64,000 nt of DNA from Abditibacteriaceae bacterium (GCA_965277285.1 OZ255721.1:608001-672000); one strand, 5' to 3'. Shown: positions 41,567 through 51,822, counted from the stretch's first letter. The notes: generated by a model not told the origin, from the sequence alone. Numbers and translations are program-made.

Positions 41567-42460
41567 TCACAATATCAATGCACTGCTTTCGCCATTTGTG
41601 TCCGCGACTTTTTCGCCGCGCAGTTCGCGCACGATTGCTAAATTGGTTTCGATCATGGTTTCGGTTTCAGGCGTTTCGAGGATGAATGGTTTGTCGCGCA
41701 AAAGCGGATGACGCAAAATCGTGCGCATCGCATCAGGGCCGATGGTTCCCAATCCAATATGTTCGTGGCGATCCAAATGTTTTCCGGTTTCGCCTTTGGA
41801 ATCGTTGAGATGAATGACCGCGAGTTTGTCCAGGCCGACGATTTGGTCGAACTCTTCAATCACAATCTGCACTTTTTCGGGCGAACCTGAGTCGTGTCCC
41901 GCCGCGTGCGCGTGACAGGTATCGAAGCAGACGCGCAGGCGTTCGGAGTTGACGGCGTCCAAGACGAAACTCAAATGCTCGAACGGGCCGCCCAGACACG
42001 TTCCCTGCGCGGCGGTGTTTTCCAGTGCGATTTTGACGCGCGCGTTCGGCGTGCTTTCGAGTACTCGATGCAGCGAAGCGACCAAGCGATTTAAGCCTTG
42101 CTCTTCACCGTCCGCGCCATCTTTTTGCAAGTGCGCGCCGCAGTGCGTGACCAGAAAATTGCAGCCCAGCAAATCGGCACGATGAACTTCGTCAATCATT
42201 GCGAGGATACTTTTTTCGCGCAAGGCTTCGTTGGGCGATGCCAGGTTGATGAGAAACGAATCGTGCACGACGAGCGGCGATAAACCCACAGCGCGCCACT
42301 CGTCGCGGAAAAGCGCGGTTTTTTCGATGTCAAGTGGTTTGGCGTTCCATTGTTGCGGCGATTTGGAAAAGATTTGCAGGCAATCGCAACTCAACGTTTG
42401 CGCGTATTTCAAAGCGTGCGAAAAACCTTTCGCGGTCGGAAGATGAGCGCCAATGGGCAT
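41567..42460 (-). CDS. nfo: Endonuclease IV
   Basis: GAH, QIF.K.P..W, H..FLINL, LENTA, CFDTCH, HLNDSK, DRHEHIG, ILETP. Confidence 0.95.
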   Translation of the reverse strand: MPIGAHLPTAKGFSHALKYAQTLSCDCLQIFSKSPQQWNAKPLDIEKTALFRDEWRAVGLSPLVVHDSFLINLASPNEALREKSILAMIDEVHRADLLGCNFLVTHCGAHLQKDGADGEEQGLNRLVASLHRVLESTPNARVKIALENTAAQGTCLGGPFEHLSFVLDAVNSERLRVCFDTCHAHAAGHDSGSPEKVQIVIEEFDQIVGLDKLAVIHLNDSKGETGKHLDRHEHIGLGTIGPDAMRTILRHPLLRDKPFILETPETETMIETNLAIVRELRGEKVADTNGESSALIL

Positions 42461-42490
42461 AATACGATTTATTTTAGCGCAACGGCTGAA

Positions 42491-42558
42491 AGTTCTCAGC
42501 TTTCAATTTTGAGTTAGATTCACTTCAACTCAAAATTGAAAACTCAAAAATGAGAACT
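42491..42558. repeat. Heptamer-based (AAAACTC/AAAATTG) inverted repeat
   Basis: TTTCAATTTTGAGTT ... AACTCAAAATTGAAA; related sequence inside ppk1 at 58103-58137. Confidence 0.7.
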
Positions 42559-42603
42559 CTTTGTGTTACGCTCAATCGAGTACTCGAAAGGGAGAAAGCA
42601 ACT

Positions 42604-43383
42604 GTGAAACGTCATCAAATCGCCGCACAACTTTATACCGTGCGCGACCATCTGCAAACGCCCACCGACATCGCGCAATCATTGAAGAAGATTCGCGCCA
42701 TCGGCTATGAAGCTGTTCAAGTTAGCGGCATGGCGCCGATTGAAGAAGCCGAACTGATGCGCATTTTGGACGGCGAAGGCTTGACCTGCTGCGCCACGCA
42801 CGAAGCGACCAAGCTCATCGTTGAAGAACCGCAGCGAGTCGTCGAACGCTTGCAAAAGTTGAGTTGCAAATACACCGCGGTTCCGTCGCCGGGCGCTTTC
42901 GAGTTGAAGACGCGCGAACAAGTTCTCGACTATGCGAAGAAAATCGAAGCCGCGGGGAAAGTCTTGTACGACGCCGGACAAATTTTGACCTATCACAACC
43001 ATCACATCGAATTTCGTCGTATCGAAGGCGAAACCATTCTCGAGACGATTTACGCGCAAACCGACGCGCGCTATTTGCAAGGCGAAATCGATACATACTG
43101 GGTGCAAAATGGCGGCGGCGATGTTGTTGAATGGTGCGAAAAGTTGAAGAATCGCTTGCCATTAATTCATCTGAAAGATTACCGAATTACGGACGACAAC
43201 AAACCGGATTTTGCCGAAGTCGGGCAGGGCAATTTGAATTGGAACGCAATCATTCCCGCAGCGGAACAAAGCGGCTGCGAATGGTTTATTGTCGAGCAGG
43301 ACACAACGCCCGGCGATCCGTTCGACAGCTTGAAAATCAGTTTCGATTACTTGGCGGCATTGGCGCAAAGTGCCAGCGAATGA
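42604..43383 (+). CDS. Sugar phosphate isomerase/epimerase (TIM barrel)
   Basis: QLYTVRD, YHNH..EF, E.D.YW, HLKD, VEQD; GTG start after GGGAGA. Confidence 0.9.
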   Translation: MKRHQIAAQLYTVRDHLQTPTDIAQSLKKIRAIGYEAVQVSGMAPIEEAELMRILDGEGLTCCATHEATKLIVEEPQRVVERLQKLSCKYTAVPSPGAFELKTREQVLDYAKKIEAAGKVLYDAGQILTYHNHHIEFRRIEGETILETIYAQTDARYLQGEIDTYWVQNGGGDVVEWCEKLKNRLPLIHLKDYRITDDNKPDFAEVGQGNLNWNAIIPAAEQSGCEWFIVEQDTTPGDPFDSLKISFDYLAALAQSASE

Positions 43384-43485
43384 ATTCGCCGCCAGAAAAA
43401 GGTGTCGGGCTAAACTCGACACGGCTGCACTTACGTTGTGTCAGCGAAGGCTGACACCTTTTTCTGGCGGCGAATTCATTCGCTG
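43374..43485. repeat. About 110-bp branched repeat element, family D
   Basis: Reverse-complement homologue of 30218-30327. Confidence 0.85.
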
Positions 43486-43491
43486 ATAACG

Positions 43492-43529
43492 AAAACAGCA
43501 CGACTTCAATGAAGAAGTCGTGCTGTTTT
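43492..43529. terminator. Bidirectional terminator
   Basis: AAAACAGCACGACTTC-AATGAA-GAAGTCGTGCTGTTTT. Confidence 0.75.
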
Positions 43530-43544
43530 GTTGTTTTCCAAAGT

Positions 43545-43943
43545 TTAGTAACCGGCGCTGGAACTGGGGCAGCTTCCGCAGCCGCTGGTGGCTGGAGCGA
43601 CTTCGCCTTCCTCGCCTTCTTTGGGCGTGAACGAATGGCCGCAGCCGCAGCTCGAGGCGGCGTTCGGGTTGTCGATTTTGAAGCCGCCGCCCATCATCGT
43701 ATCGACGTAATCGACTTCGGCGCCTTGAATATACATGGCTGAGCGCGGGTCAACGATGACTTTGACGCCGTTGATCTGCGATTCCTGATCGCCTTCGAGG
43801 GCTTCATCTTCCAGGCTCATGCCATACTGAAAGCCGGAGCAACCGCCGCCCGACACGAAAACGCGCAGCATCGCGTTCGGCTTGTCCTGCTTTTCCAGCA
43901 AACCCTTGATTTCCTGCGCTGCACGATCTGTTAATGTCACCAT
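43545..43943 (-). CDS. A-type Fe-S carrier (IscA/ErpA/HesB family)
   Basis: GGCSGFQY, NPNA.SSCGCG.SF; AGGAG RBS. Confidence 0.93.
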   Translation of the reverse strand: MVTLTDRAAQEIKGLLEKQDKPNAMLRVFVSGGGCSGFQYGMSLEDEALEGDQESQINGVKVIVDPRSAMYIQGAEVDYVDTMMGGGFKIDNPNAASSCGCGHSFTPKEGEEGEVAPATSGCGSCPSSSAGY

Positions 43944-44108
43944 GATTTTTCTCCTATCGAGTACTCGAAATGTCGAGATTGATTTTCGTTCAAACATCGC
44001 GCATTATATGCGATGCTTTTCTCTAACGCAACTTTTTCGCCGCGCCTTGTTTTCACGTCCTTTCATACGCCGCATTTCGCACAACGTTCCAGACACGCAA
44101 TCGCAACC

Positions 44109-44888
44109 ATGATCGAATTTCTTCAATTCCCGATTCTCTCGCAAATCAACGGCTTGCAACACGCCATTACAACGCGCAGCGGCGGTTCGAGTACTCGACC
44201 TTACGAATCCTTAAATCTTGGCTATCACGTCGGCGATGATGCCAATCGCGTCCGCGAAAACCGCCAATTTGTGGCACGCGAATTAGGTTTCAATGTCGAA
44301 AATTTCGTTGCGGCGCAGCAAACGCATAGCGCTAATATTGCGGTTGTGACACCTGCAAATCGCGGATGCGGCGCGCTTGATTGGGAAAGTGCGATTCCAG
44401 AAACCGACGCTTTAGTGACCAATGAAACAAACGTTGCGCTGATGATTCTGGTCGCCGATTGCGCGCCGCTGCTTTTCGTGGACGAAACTCATCATGCGTT
44501 GGCGGTCGTTCATGCCGGTTGGCGTGGTGCGACACAAAGAATTGCATCAAAAACCGTTACGGAAATGGCGGAACGTTTCGGCACCAAAGGCGACGATTTG
44601 CGCGTTGGAATTGGCCCGACGCTTTGTCCGCAATGTTTTGAAATTGGCAATGAAGTCGCCGACATCGCACGAAATATCGCGCCGCGTTCAATTATAAAAA
44701 ATGGTGCAAAACCGCATCTCGATTTGCGCCGGTTGTTGCGCGACGATTTATGTTCGGTTCGAGTACTCGATTCGCAAATTGAAGTGATGGAACGTTGTCC
44801 GCGCTGCGCAACCGGAACGTTTTTCTCGCATCGTGGCGAAAACGGGAAAACCGGTCGTTTCGCTCTTGTCGCATGCTGGCGAAATTAA
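44109..44888 (+). CDS. pgeF: PgeF/YfiH family laccase-domain protein
   Basis: TTR.GG.S..PY.SLNLG, Q.H, DAL.T, ADC.P, HAGWRG, FFSHR. Confidence 0.9.
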   Translation: MIEFLQFPILSQINGLQHAITTRSGGSSTRPYESLNLGYHVGDDANRVRENRQFVARELGFNVENFVAAQQTHSANIAVVTPANRGCGALDWESAIPETDALVTNETNVALMILVADCAPLLFVDETHHALAVVHAGWRGATQRIASKTVTEMAERFGTKGDDLRVGIGPTLCPQCFEIGNEVADIARNIAPRSIIKNGAKPHLDLRRLLRDDLCSVRVLDSQIEVMERCPRCATGTFFSHRGENGKTGRFALVACWRN

Positions 44889-44948
44889 GCTGAAACCAGC
44901 AGTTTTTGAAGTAGAATGAATGTCGATAAAAAGTCAATGGAGAGGAAA

Positions 44949-45431
44949 ATGTTCAAGGATTTTCGGGACTTCGCGTTCAAGGGCAACGTGTTGGATTTGG
45001 CGGTTGGCGTTATTATCGGCGCCGCCTTTGGCACCATTGTCAAATCGTTGGTCGAAGACATGATTACGCCGGTGATCGGTGGCATTTTCGGCAAAGTCGA
45101 TTTGATGGACAAGTTTTTTACGCTCAACGGTTCGACGTATTCAACTCTGGCCGCCGCCAAAGCCGCCAGCGCGCCGGTCATCGGCTATGGTGCGTTTCTA
45201 ACCGCGCTCATCAATTTCTTAATTCTGGCCGCCGTGGTTTATTTTTGCATCGTGCGTCCGGCCAAGCATTTTGAGCTCGCGGGCGGCGAAAAAGTTGATC
45301 TCGCTGAAAAAAACGTGCAGCAAAACGCGCGCATCATCGAACTGCTGGAAACCATGAGCGGCACGCCCAGCCTCGCATCACAAGCCACGCCAAGTGCTGT
45401 TGCGACAACTTTTGCACCGGTCATCAAATAA
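44949..45431 (+). CDS. mscL: Large-conductance mechanosensitive channel
   Basis: F..FAFKGNVLDLAVGVIIGAAFG.IV, YG.F...INFLI. Confidence 0.95.
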   Translation: MFKDFRDFAFKGNVLDLAVGVIIGAAFGTIVKSLVEDMITPVIGGIFGKVDLMDKFFTLNGSTYSTLAAAKAASAPVIGYGAFLTALINFLILAAVVYFCIVRPAKHFELAGGEKVDLAEKNVQQNARIIELLETMSGTPSLASQATPSAVATTFAPVIK

Positions 45432-45445
45432 TACGCAGCGAGCGA

Positions 45446-45481
45446 AAAGGAGCGCATTTGATGAAAGAAATGCGCTCCTTT
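45446..45481. terminator. Terminator between convergent mscL and iscS
   Basis: AAAGGAGCGCATTT-GATGAAAG-AAATGCGCTCCTTT. Confidence 0.7.
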
Positions 45482-45500
45482 CGTTATTCGAGTACTCGAT

Positions 45501-46694
45501 TTATCCCGCATCGTCGGTTTGCCCGCCGACAAAAGCGGCGCGCGATTCGGGCGAAAGGGCGCGCAACGAAGCCAAAACTTTCGGCAGAAGTTCGATCAAA
45601 TCATCGACTTCTCGTTCGGTGTTGCCGCGTCCCAGCGAAAAACGCGTTCCCGCACGCGCCAGGCCAAGCGGCAGACCAATCGCCAGCAGAACCGGCGAAG
45701 GATCGAGACTTCCCGCCGCGCACGCGCTGCCCGTCGAGCAGCAGAAACCGCCGCGCGCGTCCAATTCCAAAATCAAGCCTTCGCCTTCGATGCCTTCAAA
45801 GGAAAAGTTGGCGATTCCAGGCACGCGTTCGCTGCGATTTCCATTGAGATGGGCGCCGACGTTTAATTTTTCGATGCCCGCTATCAAGCGTTCGCGCAAA
45901 GTGGTGACGTGCGCTTCTTCGCCGTTGTGAATTGCATTCATAGCCACGATTGCAGCCGCTCCCATCGCCACAATCGACGGCACGTTTTCGGTTCCCGCCC
46001 GCCGCCCGCGCTGCTGATGTCCGCCATCCACCAAAGTGTCCAGGCGAACGCCGCGACGAACATAAAGCGCGCCCGCACCTTTGGCGCCGTAAAATTTGTG
46101 CGCGCTGCACGTCAGCAAATCGACATTGAGCGCGCGAACATCAACGGGAATGTGGCCGACAGTTTGACACGCATCGCAATGAAACAAAACGTTGCGCTCG
46201 CGGCACAGCGCGCCGATTTCGGCAATCGGTTGCAGCGTTCCCAGTTCGTTATTGGCGTGCATTACGGAAACTAAAATTGTGTCCGCACGAATGGCTTGGG
46301 CGATCTTCGATTCGAGTACTCGACCGTCGTGCTCGACTTCGACATACGTCACTTCAAAGCCTTCGCGCTCCAGAGTTTGCAAAGGATGCAAGGTCGCGTC
46401 GTGTTCGATGTTGGTCGAAACGATGTGGCGTCCACGCTCGCGCAAACGGTGTGCGACACCTTTGATGGCGTGATTGTTACCTTCAGTCGCGCCGCTGTTG
46501 AAGACGATCTCCGCCGGACGCGCATTCAATAAAGAAGCGACGTGTTCGCGCGCGGTTTCCACGGCGTGTTTGGCTGACTTTCCTAAGTGATGCAGCGAAG
46601 AAGGATTGCCGAAATCTTGGCGCAAATACGGTTGCATCGCTGCAAAAGCTTCTTCACATAACGGCGTGCTGGCGGCGTGATCGAAATAAGGCAT
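45501..46694 (-). CDS. iscS: Cysteine desulfurase (IscS/NifS group)
   Basis: YFDHAASTP, GNPSS.H, SGATE.NN, ANNE.GT, SAHKFYG.KG, STGSAC. Confidence 0.92.
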   Translation of the reverse strand: MPYFDHAASTPLCEEAFAAMQPYLRQDFGNPSSLHHLGKSAKHAVETAREHVASLLNARPAEIVFNSGATEGNNHAIKGVAHRLRERGRHIVSTNIEHDATLHPLQTLEREGFEVTYVEVEHDGRVLESKIAQAIRADTILVSVMHANNELGTLQPIAEIGALCRERNVLFHCDACQTVGHIPVDVRALNVDLLTCSAHKFYGAKGAGALYVRRGVRLDTLVDGGHQQRGRRAGTENVPSIVAMGAAAIVAMNAIHNGEEAHVTTLRERLIAGIEKLNVGAHLNGNRSERVPGIANFSFEGIEGEGLILELDARGGFCCSTGSACAAGSLDPSPVLLAIGLPLGLARAGTRFSLGRGNTEREVDDLIELLPKVLASLRALSPESRAAFVGGQTDDAG

Positions 46695-46885
46695 GAAGCT
46701 GATTTTAATGCATCTTCGGTGCGCGTTCGAGTACTCGAAATCGTCTTGGAGACAGAAAGAACAGAAATTGGACAAAAATTGGGCTGCTGAAAAGCGTGAA
46801 ATCTGCGGAATGTGGCGAAGTCTTTGCTAATCCCTCGTGTTCAAGGTCATTTCAAGGCCAATTCAAGAAAGAGGTTTCTGTCTTT

Positions 46886-48118
46886 ATGTTTAAACACAAG
46901 TTCATGCACAAAAAATTATCTTCTTCGTGGAAAATCGCCGGTGTTCTTTCTTTGGCAGCGGCTTCGCTGGCGCCTGCAGCGCACGCTGGTTACGACGAAA
47001 ACGTGGGACGCGACAGCGACACTTCGATGTCGACTAATTCTTCCGTTATGACGAAGTCGTCAGTCTCGTCGCGCTCTACTACAACCGTGCAGACGGTTTC
47101 CGTTTCGACAACTCAATTAACGACGATGATGTTGGGCGGTCGCACGCGTTATGTCGATCCGCAAATGAAAGCGGTTTTGATGTCGTTGATGGAATTGCAT
47201 CCAAAACCTATTGAAACTCTGACGCCGACTGAAGCGCGCAAACAGCCCGGCCCGCCGGACGCCGTGAAAAGAACGCTGAAAAAAGAAGGCCGCAGTACGG
47301 CGCCCGAAGCGGTCGGCGCGGTTATCAACACGACAGTTCCCGGCCCCGCAGGACGCATTCCGGTTCGCGTTTACAAACCGCTGGGCGTCGATTCAAACAA
47401 TCTTCCCGTTCTGGTTTATTTTCACGGCGGCGGTTTCGTGATCGCCAGCGTGCAGGCTTATGATTCTTCGTGCCGCGCTCTGGCGAACGCCGCGAAGTGC
47501 ATGGTGGTTTCGGTCGGCTATCGTTATGCGCCCGAGCATCGCTTGCCTGCCGCGCACGAAGATTGTTACGCCGCGACGCAATGGGTGATGAACCATGCCG
47601 ACCAATGGGGCGGCGACAAAAGTCGCGTGGCGGTTGGCGGCGAAAGCGCGGGCGGCAATCTGGCGACCAATATGTGCATGATGGCGCGCGACCGTGGTGG
47701 CAAAATGCCGATCTACCAGATGTTGGTTTATCCTTACGTCGATACGTCGTTTGGTTCGATAAACGCTCCGTCAGCGCGCGAAAACGCCAAGGTCATTCCG
47801 CTTAATCGCGCAATGCTGACATGGTTCAGTCGTTACGCTTTGCCCAGCGCACGTTTTGGACGAACGCATTATGCCTCGCCGTTGTTCGGCAACGTGCGCG
47901 GTTTACCAGCCGCGACAGTTGTTCAAGCTGAAATCGATCCGTTGCGTTCGCAAGGCACCGCTTATATCGCCAAACTGCGCGCTGCCGGTATTCCGGTTCG
48001 CGCTCGCCTTTATCGCGGCGTCACGCATGAGTTCTTCGGCATGGGCGCCGTCATCGACCAATCGAAAGACGCCGTGAACTTCGCCGCGCAAGGTTTGAAA
48101 GACGCGTTCAAGCGCTAA
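46886..48118 (+). CDS. Secreted alpha/beta hydrolase (HSL-type esterase/lipase)
   Basis: Signal peptide ending AAHA, HGGGF, GESAGG, DPL, H.F. Confidence 0.9.
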   Translation: MFKHKFMHKKLSSSWKIAGVLSLAAASLAPAAHAGYDENVGRDSDTSMSTNSSVMTKSSVSSRSTTTVQTVSVSTTQLTTMMLGGRTRYVDPQMKAVLMSLMELHPKPIETLTPTEARKQPGPPDAVKRTLKKEGRSTAPEAVGAVINTTVPGPAGRIPVRVYKPLGVDSNNLPVLVYFHGGGFVIASVQAYDSSCRALANAAKCMVVSVGYRYAPEHRLPAAHEDCYAATQWVMNHADQWGGDKSRVAVGGESAGGNLATNMCMMARDRGGKMPIYQMLVYPYVDTSFGSINAPSARENAKVIPLNRAMLTWFSRYALPSARFGRTHYASPLFGNVRGLPAATVVQAEIDPLRSQGTAYIAKLRAAGIPVRARLYRGVTHEFFGMGAVIDQSKDAVNFAAQGLKDAFKR

Positions 48119-48130
48119 GTTATTGTCGCA

Positions 48131-48177
48131 AAACAAAAGCATCGAGTACTCGAATTGAGTACTCGATGCTTTTGTTT
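48131..48177. terminator. Bidirectional hairpin built from two palindrome copies
   Basis: 21-bp arms AAACAAAAGCATCGAGTACTC / GAGTACTCGATGCTTTTGTTT between convergent genes. Confidence 0.75.
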
Positions 48178-48190
48178 GTGCGGTTCAATT

Positions 48191-49084
48191 CTATTCTGAA
48201 GCTGTCGCGGCTTCGTGCAATTTGTGCCACAACTTCAGCAACGGAATCTGGCTTGCTCCGGCGAATTGCGCGTCGCCGCTTTCAATGACGATCCAATTGC
48301 CATCTTCTTTTTGCCCGATGTCAATGGCGACAAATGGTACTGCTAAACGCCCGCTCGCTTCCTGCGCCAAATCGAGTACTCGAACTTGTTCGTCTTTTGA
48401 CAAAGCGCGCAATTCGTCGTCGCCTTCCCAGTAATAGCCGCATTCGAGTACTCGATTGCGCAGCAGAAACACGCGATATTCGCGCCCAAGCGGAAAACCT
48501 TCGCCCGACGTTCTCGTGTGACGCAAATTCACCAGTTCGCGGACGATGACGCGGCCTCGCGTGCGCGCTTCCAAATCGAATAAATAGCCAGCCAGTTCGC
48601 GCAGTTCTTCTCTGTTTTGGGCGACGCACGCTTTCCAGCCGCGTGCTTTCCGCGATTGCACAACGCCTTTCACAAAAACTGGCAAACCGACGTGTTCAAT
48701 CGCGGTTTCGCATTCGTCCAAACGCGTTAAGATGAAACTGCGCGGCGTCAAGTCGCGCAAACGCTCATAAGCTGCATCAAACTCCTGTGCCGTTCGGTGC
48801 TGTTCTGGCGTGTTGACCAGACGAATGTTCTTCGACAAAGCGGCGTCATAAATCGCGTGGTAACGTTCAACCGTTGGAATGTAGCCGATCCAAAACGCTG
48901 TTGTCTCTCGCGCTTGAACCGGAACGTGCCACAACGCATTTGTCGCTTTTTCGCACAAAGTGAAGTCCTGCGGAATCGTGTAAATATCAAATCCCGCTAA
49001 ACGTGCGGCTTGCGTCGCAGCGCGAATGTCATCGGCGCTCGAAGAGGGCGCCAGTTGTTCGGATGCTTCGCTGAAAACGATCAT
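48191..49084 (-). CDS. ATP-grasp domain protein (R2K-like)
   Basis: VFVKG..SRK, REYRVF, FVAIDI, W.VIE.GD.Q. Confidence 0.75.
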   Translation of the reverse strand: MIVFSEASEQLAPSSSADDIRAATQAARLAGFDIYTIPQDFTLCEKATNALWHVPVQARETTAFWIGYIPTVERYHAIYDAALSKNIRLVNTPEQHRTAQEFDAAYERLRDLTPRSFILTRLDECETAIEHVGLPVFVKGVVQSRKARGWKACVAQNREELRELAGYLFDLEARTRGRVIVRELVNLRHTRTSGEGFPLGREYRVFLLRNRVLECGYYWEGDDELRALSKDEQVRVLDLAQEASGRLAVPFVAIDIGQKEDGNWIVIESGDAQFAGASQIPLLKLWHKLHEAATASE

Positions 49085-49240
49085 TTCGAGTACTCGATGC
49101 TTTTTGTGCTACAACGTTCAAAGTTCCAACCATTCTTTTTCATCGTGTTGTTTACTGACCAATGCAATTTGTTGGAACAAAGCGTGGGAGAAACTGTGAG
49201 CGGACGCGGTACCTTATCATGTCGCTTGTCAGAACAGAGA

Positions 49241-50428
49241 TTAATGCGCGTCAAAAAACGCCAGCATTTTTTCGAGTGCGTCTGCACTGTGCATCCTCTC
49301 TCCATTTTCTAAAGACTCCTGCGCTGCCTTGGCCGCTCTTTTTCGCATTTGGTTTTCGTAAGCAGAAATAGCAGTTTGGGTATCGCCGAAATTTTCGTCG
49401 TATAAACACTGGCTCAATTCTAAAGCGTCAAGCATAGCCATGTTTGCGCCTTCTCCTGCAAAGGGCGGCATTACGTGCGCGGCATCGCCAAGCATGGTCA
49501 AGTTGGGCTGAGCTTCCCAGTTCTGATTCAAAGGCATACAATAAATCGGTCGCGCAATGAACGGCGTGGCGGCGTTTTCAAACAACTCATCCCAAACACT
49601 GCTCCAACCGGCGTATTCTTTTTTAAACCAGTCGAACACTTGTGTTTTGTCGGAAAAATCCAAGCCACTCTTGGTGGCCCAGTTTTCCTCCGTTTTGAAG
49701 CTGGCGTAAAAATTGGAATCGGTGGCGCCTTTGAGACCTCCCAACAAACACTTTGAATCTCCGTAAACCATGAGCGCTCCGCCGTCGAGCAAAGCATAAA
49801 CCTGAGGCATCGCTTTTTCAGCATCGTGAACGTTGATTTCAAGCATCGTCACGCCGGTGTAAACAGATCGGATGTTTGTGATGTAGGGGCGGATTTTGGA
49901 ATTGGAGCCGTCAGCGTCAATGACAAGGTCGGCGTAGGCCGATGAACCGTCTTTGAAATGCAGCCGCCAGCCTTCGTCTTGGGCTTCCATAGAAACACAA
50001 TAATGGTTCCACAAAACCGTTTCCGGCTGTAAGGATTCCAACAGCATACTTCTTAAGGGGTAGCGGTCTATCTCAGGACGAAAACTTTTATCGCCAAAAC
50101 CTTCGCCGGGATTGGTTTGCTGTGTCGTGAAACGTATCTCTCCCTGTTTGTTGGCTATGGTTTTTTTATCGGCGCCAGGACGATAGTTCTTCTTGAACTC
50201 ATCCACCAAATCCGCTGCGCGTAAAGCCGCCATGCCCGATTCTTCGTGCATATCAAGCGGCGAGCCTATCAAACGAGCATCTTTATTGAAATCTCGTTCA
50301 TACACTTGGACGCTTGTACCTTTCAGTTGTAACAGTCGTGCTAAGGTGAGTCCGCCGGGACCACCGCCAACAATAGCGATTTGCTTATCTTGCATCCGCT
50401 TGGCTACAACTTCATTCATAAGATCCAT
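49241..50428 (-). CDS. TetX-like FAD-dependent monooxygenase
   Basis: IAIVGGGP.GLTLA.LLQ, VYERD, G..LD.H..SG, PEI.R..LR..LL.SL, GDAAH.MPPFAG.G.N; AGGAG RBS; AT-richer than flanks. Confidence 0.85.
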   Translation of the reverse strand: MDLMNEVVAKRMQDKQIAIVGGGPGGLTLARLLQLKGTSVQVYERDFNKDARLIGSPLDMHEESGMAALRAADLVDEFKKNYRPGADKKTIANKQGEIRFTTQQTNPGEGFGDKSFRPEIDRYPLRSMLLESLQPETVLWNHYCVSMEAQDEGWRLHFKDGSSAYADLVIDADGSNSKIRPYITNIRSVYTGVTMLEINVHDAEKAMPQVYALLDGGALMVYGDSKCLLGGLKGATDSNFYASFKTEENWATKSGLDFSDKTQVFDWFKKEYAGWSSVWDELFENAATPFIARPIYCMPLNQNWEAQPNLTMLGDAAHVMPPFAGEGANMAMLDALELSQCLYDENFGDTQTAISAYENQMRKRAAKAAQESLENGERMHSADALEKMLAFFDAH

Positions 50429-50725
50429 AAATCTCCTTTTGGCGTATGCAGCAAAGTCTTGCGCCGCGACAGGACGGATGTTACAACGCCGAACCATATT
50501 ATAAAGAATCGTAAAATGCGCAGTAGAGTTAAAAAAGCTATTCTTGTAGTTAAAAAGAGGTTTGAATTTCAACTCGTATGATCGTATCGAGTACTCGATG
50601 GCTTTTAGTTTTCATAAATGTAACTTACATCGTCTTACAGCAAACGAGTGGGACGCAAGCCAGACACGCGCGCTTCAATGTGTAGTATAAATTTCTGGAA
50701 ACCGCGCCGTGAAAAGGCAACCCTT

Positions 50726-51682
50726 ATGGCCAACTCAACAATTATTTGGACGAATACCAATTTCCCTGAACGCGCCGCACAATTGCTGCGCGACGGCATC
50801 GGCTCCTATCAACTCGTCGATGCAACGAGCGTGCAAAACGCCGATGAGACCTTGCACCAAGCCGACATCGCGCTGGGGCAGCCCGACGCCGAAATCGTGA
50901 TGAACTCGCAGAAATTGCGTTGGGCGCATCTCACCAGCGCGGGTTATACGCGTTACGACCGCGACGATTTGAAAGCCGCGCTGAAACAACGAGGCGCGAT
51001 TTTGACTAACAGCTCGCATGTGTTCGATGAGCCTTGCGCGCAACACGTCCTTGCGATGATGCTGGCCGACGCGCGTCAGTTGTTGTGGTCGCACGAAATG
51101 CAGCGCACCAACCGCGACTGGGACGCCGAGCGACATCGCGCCAACTCGTATCTGCTGCGCGAACAAAGCGTGCTTCTGTTGGGCTACGGCGCCATCGCGC
51201 AACGATTGGTGCAACTGCTGGCGCCGTTCGAGTTGAAAATAACCGCGTTTCGGCGGCATCCAAGCGGTGATGAAGCGGTCGAAACCGTGGGAGAAGAACA
51301 TCTCGAAGCGGCTTTGTCACAGGCCGACCATGTGGTGAATATTTTGCCGGATAACGCTTCGACGCGGGATTTTATGAACGCTCAACGTTTCGGCGCGATG
51401 AAAAATGGCTCGCGTTTTTACAACATCGGGCGCGGCACGACGGTTGTGCAGGAAGAGTTGATTCGAGTACTCGAATCGGGCGCCTTGAGCCTGGCTTATC
51501 TCGATGTCACCGACCCGGAGCCGCTGCCCCCCGAACACGCGCTGTGGACGGCGCCCAATTGTTTCATCACGCCGCACACCGCCGGTGGACACGCCGATGA
51601 ACACGAGCGCCTGGTGCGTCATTTTCTGGCGAACTTGCGCGCCTGGGAAAACGGCGAGCCACTGCGCGACCGCATTGTGTGA
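50726..51682 (+). CDS. D-2-hydroxyacid dehydrogenase family
   Basis: GYGAI, NIGRG, LDVTDPEPLP, TPH.AG. Confidence 0.92.
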   Translation: MANSTIIWTNTNFPERAAQLLRDGIGSYQLVDATSVQNADETLHQADIALGQPDAEIVMNSQKLRWAHLTSAGYTRYDRDDLKAALKQRGAILTNSSHVFDEPCAQHVLAMMLADARQLLWSHEMQRTNRDWDAERHRANSYLLREQSVLLLGYGAIAQRLVQLLAPFELKITAFRRHPSGDEAVETVGEEHLEAALSQADHVVNILPDNASTRDFMNAQRFGAMKNGSRFYNIGRGTTVVQEELIRVLESGALSLAYLDVTDPEPLPPEHALWTAPNCFITPHTAGGHADEHERLVRHFLANLRAWENGEPLRDRIV

Positions 51683-51713
51683 AGCGCCAACTATTATTTT
51701 CTCGTGAGCTACC

Positions 51714-51807
51714 GTAGGGGCGAGCCGGTGGCTCGCCCTGATGCAGTTTCTAACTCCCAGCGCACTTCAAATTTCCGGACGCGGGCGAGCCACCGGCTCG
51801 CCCCTAC
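51714..51807. repeat. GTAG-family REP doublet, family C
   Basis: GTAGGGGCGAGCCGGTGGCTCGCCC ... GGGCGAGCCACCGGCTCGCCCCTAC. Confidence 0.85.
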
Positions 51808-51822
51808 AAGTGAATCGTTTGC

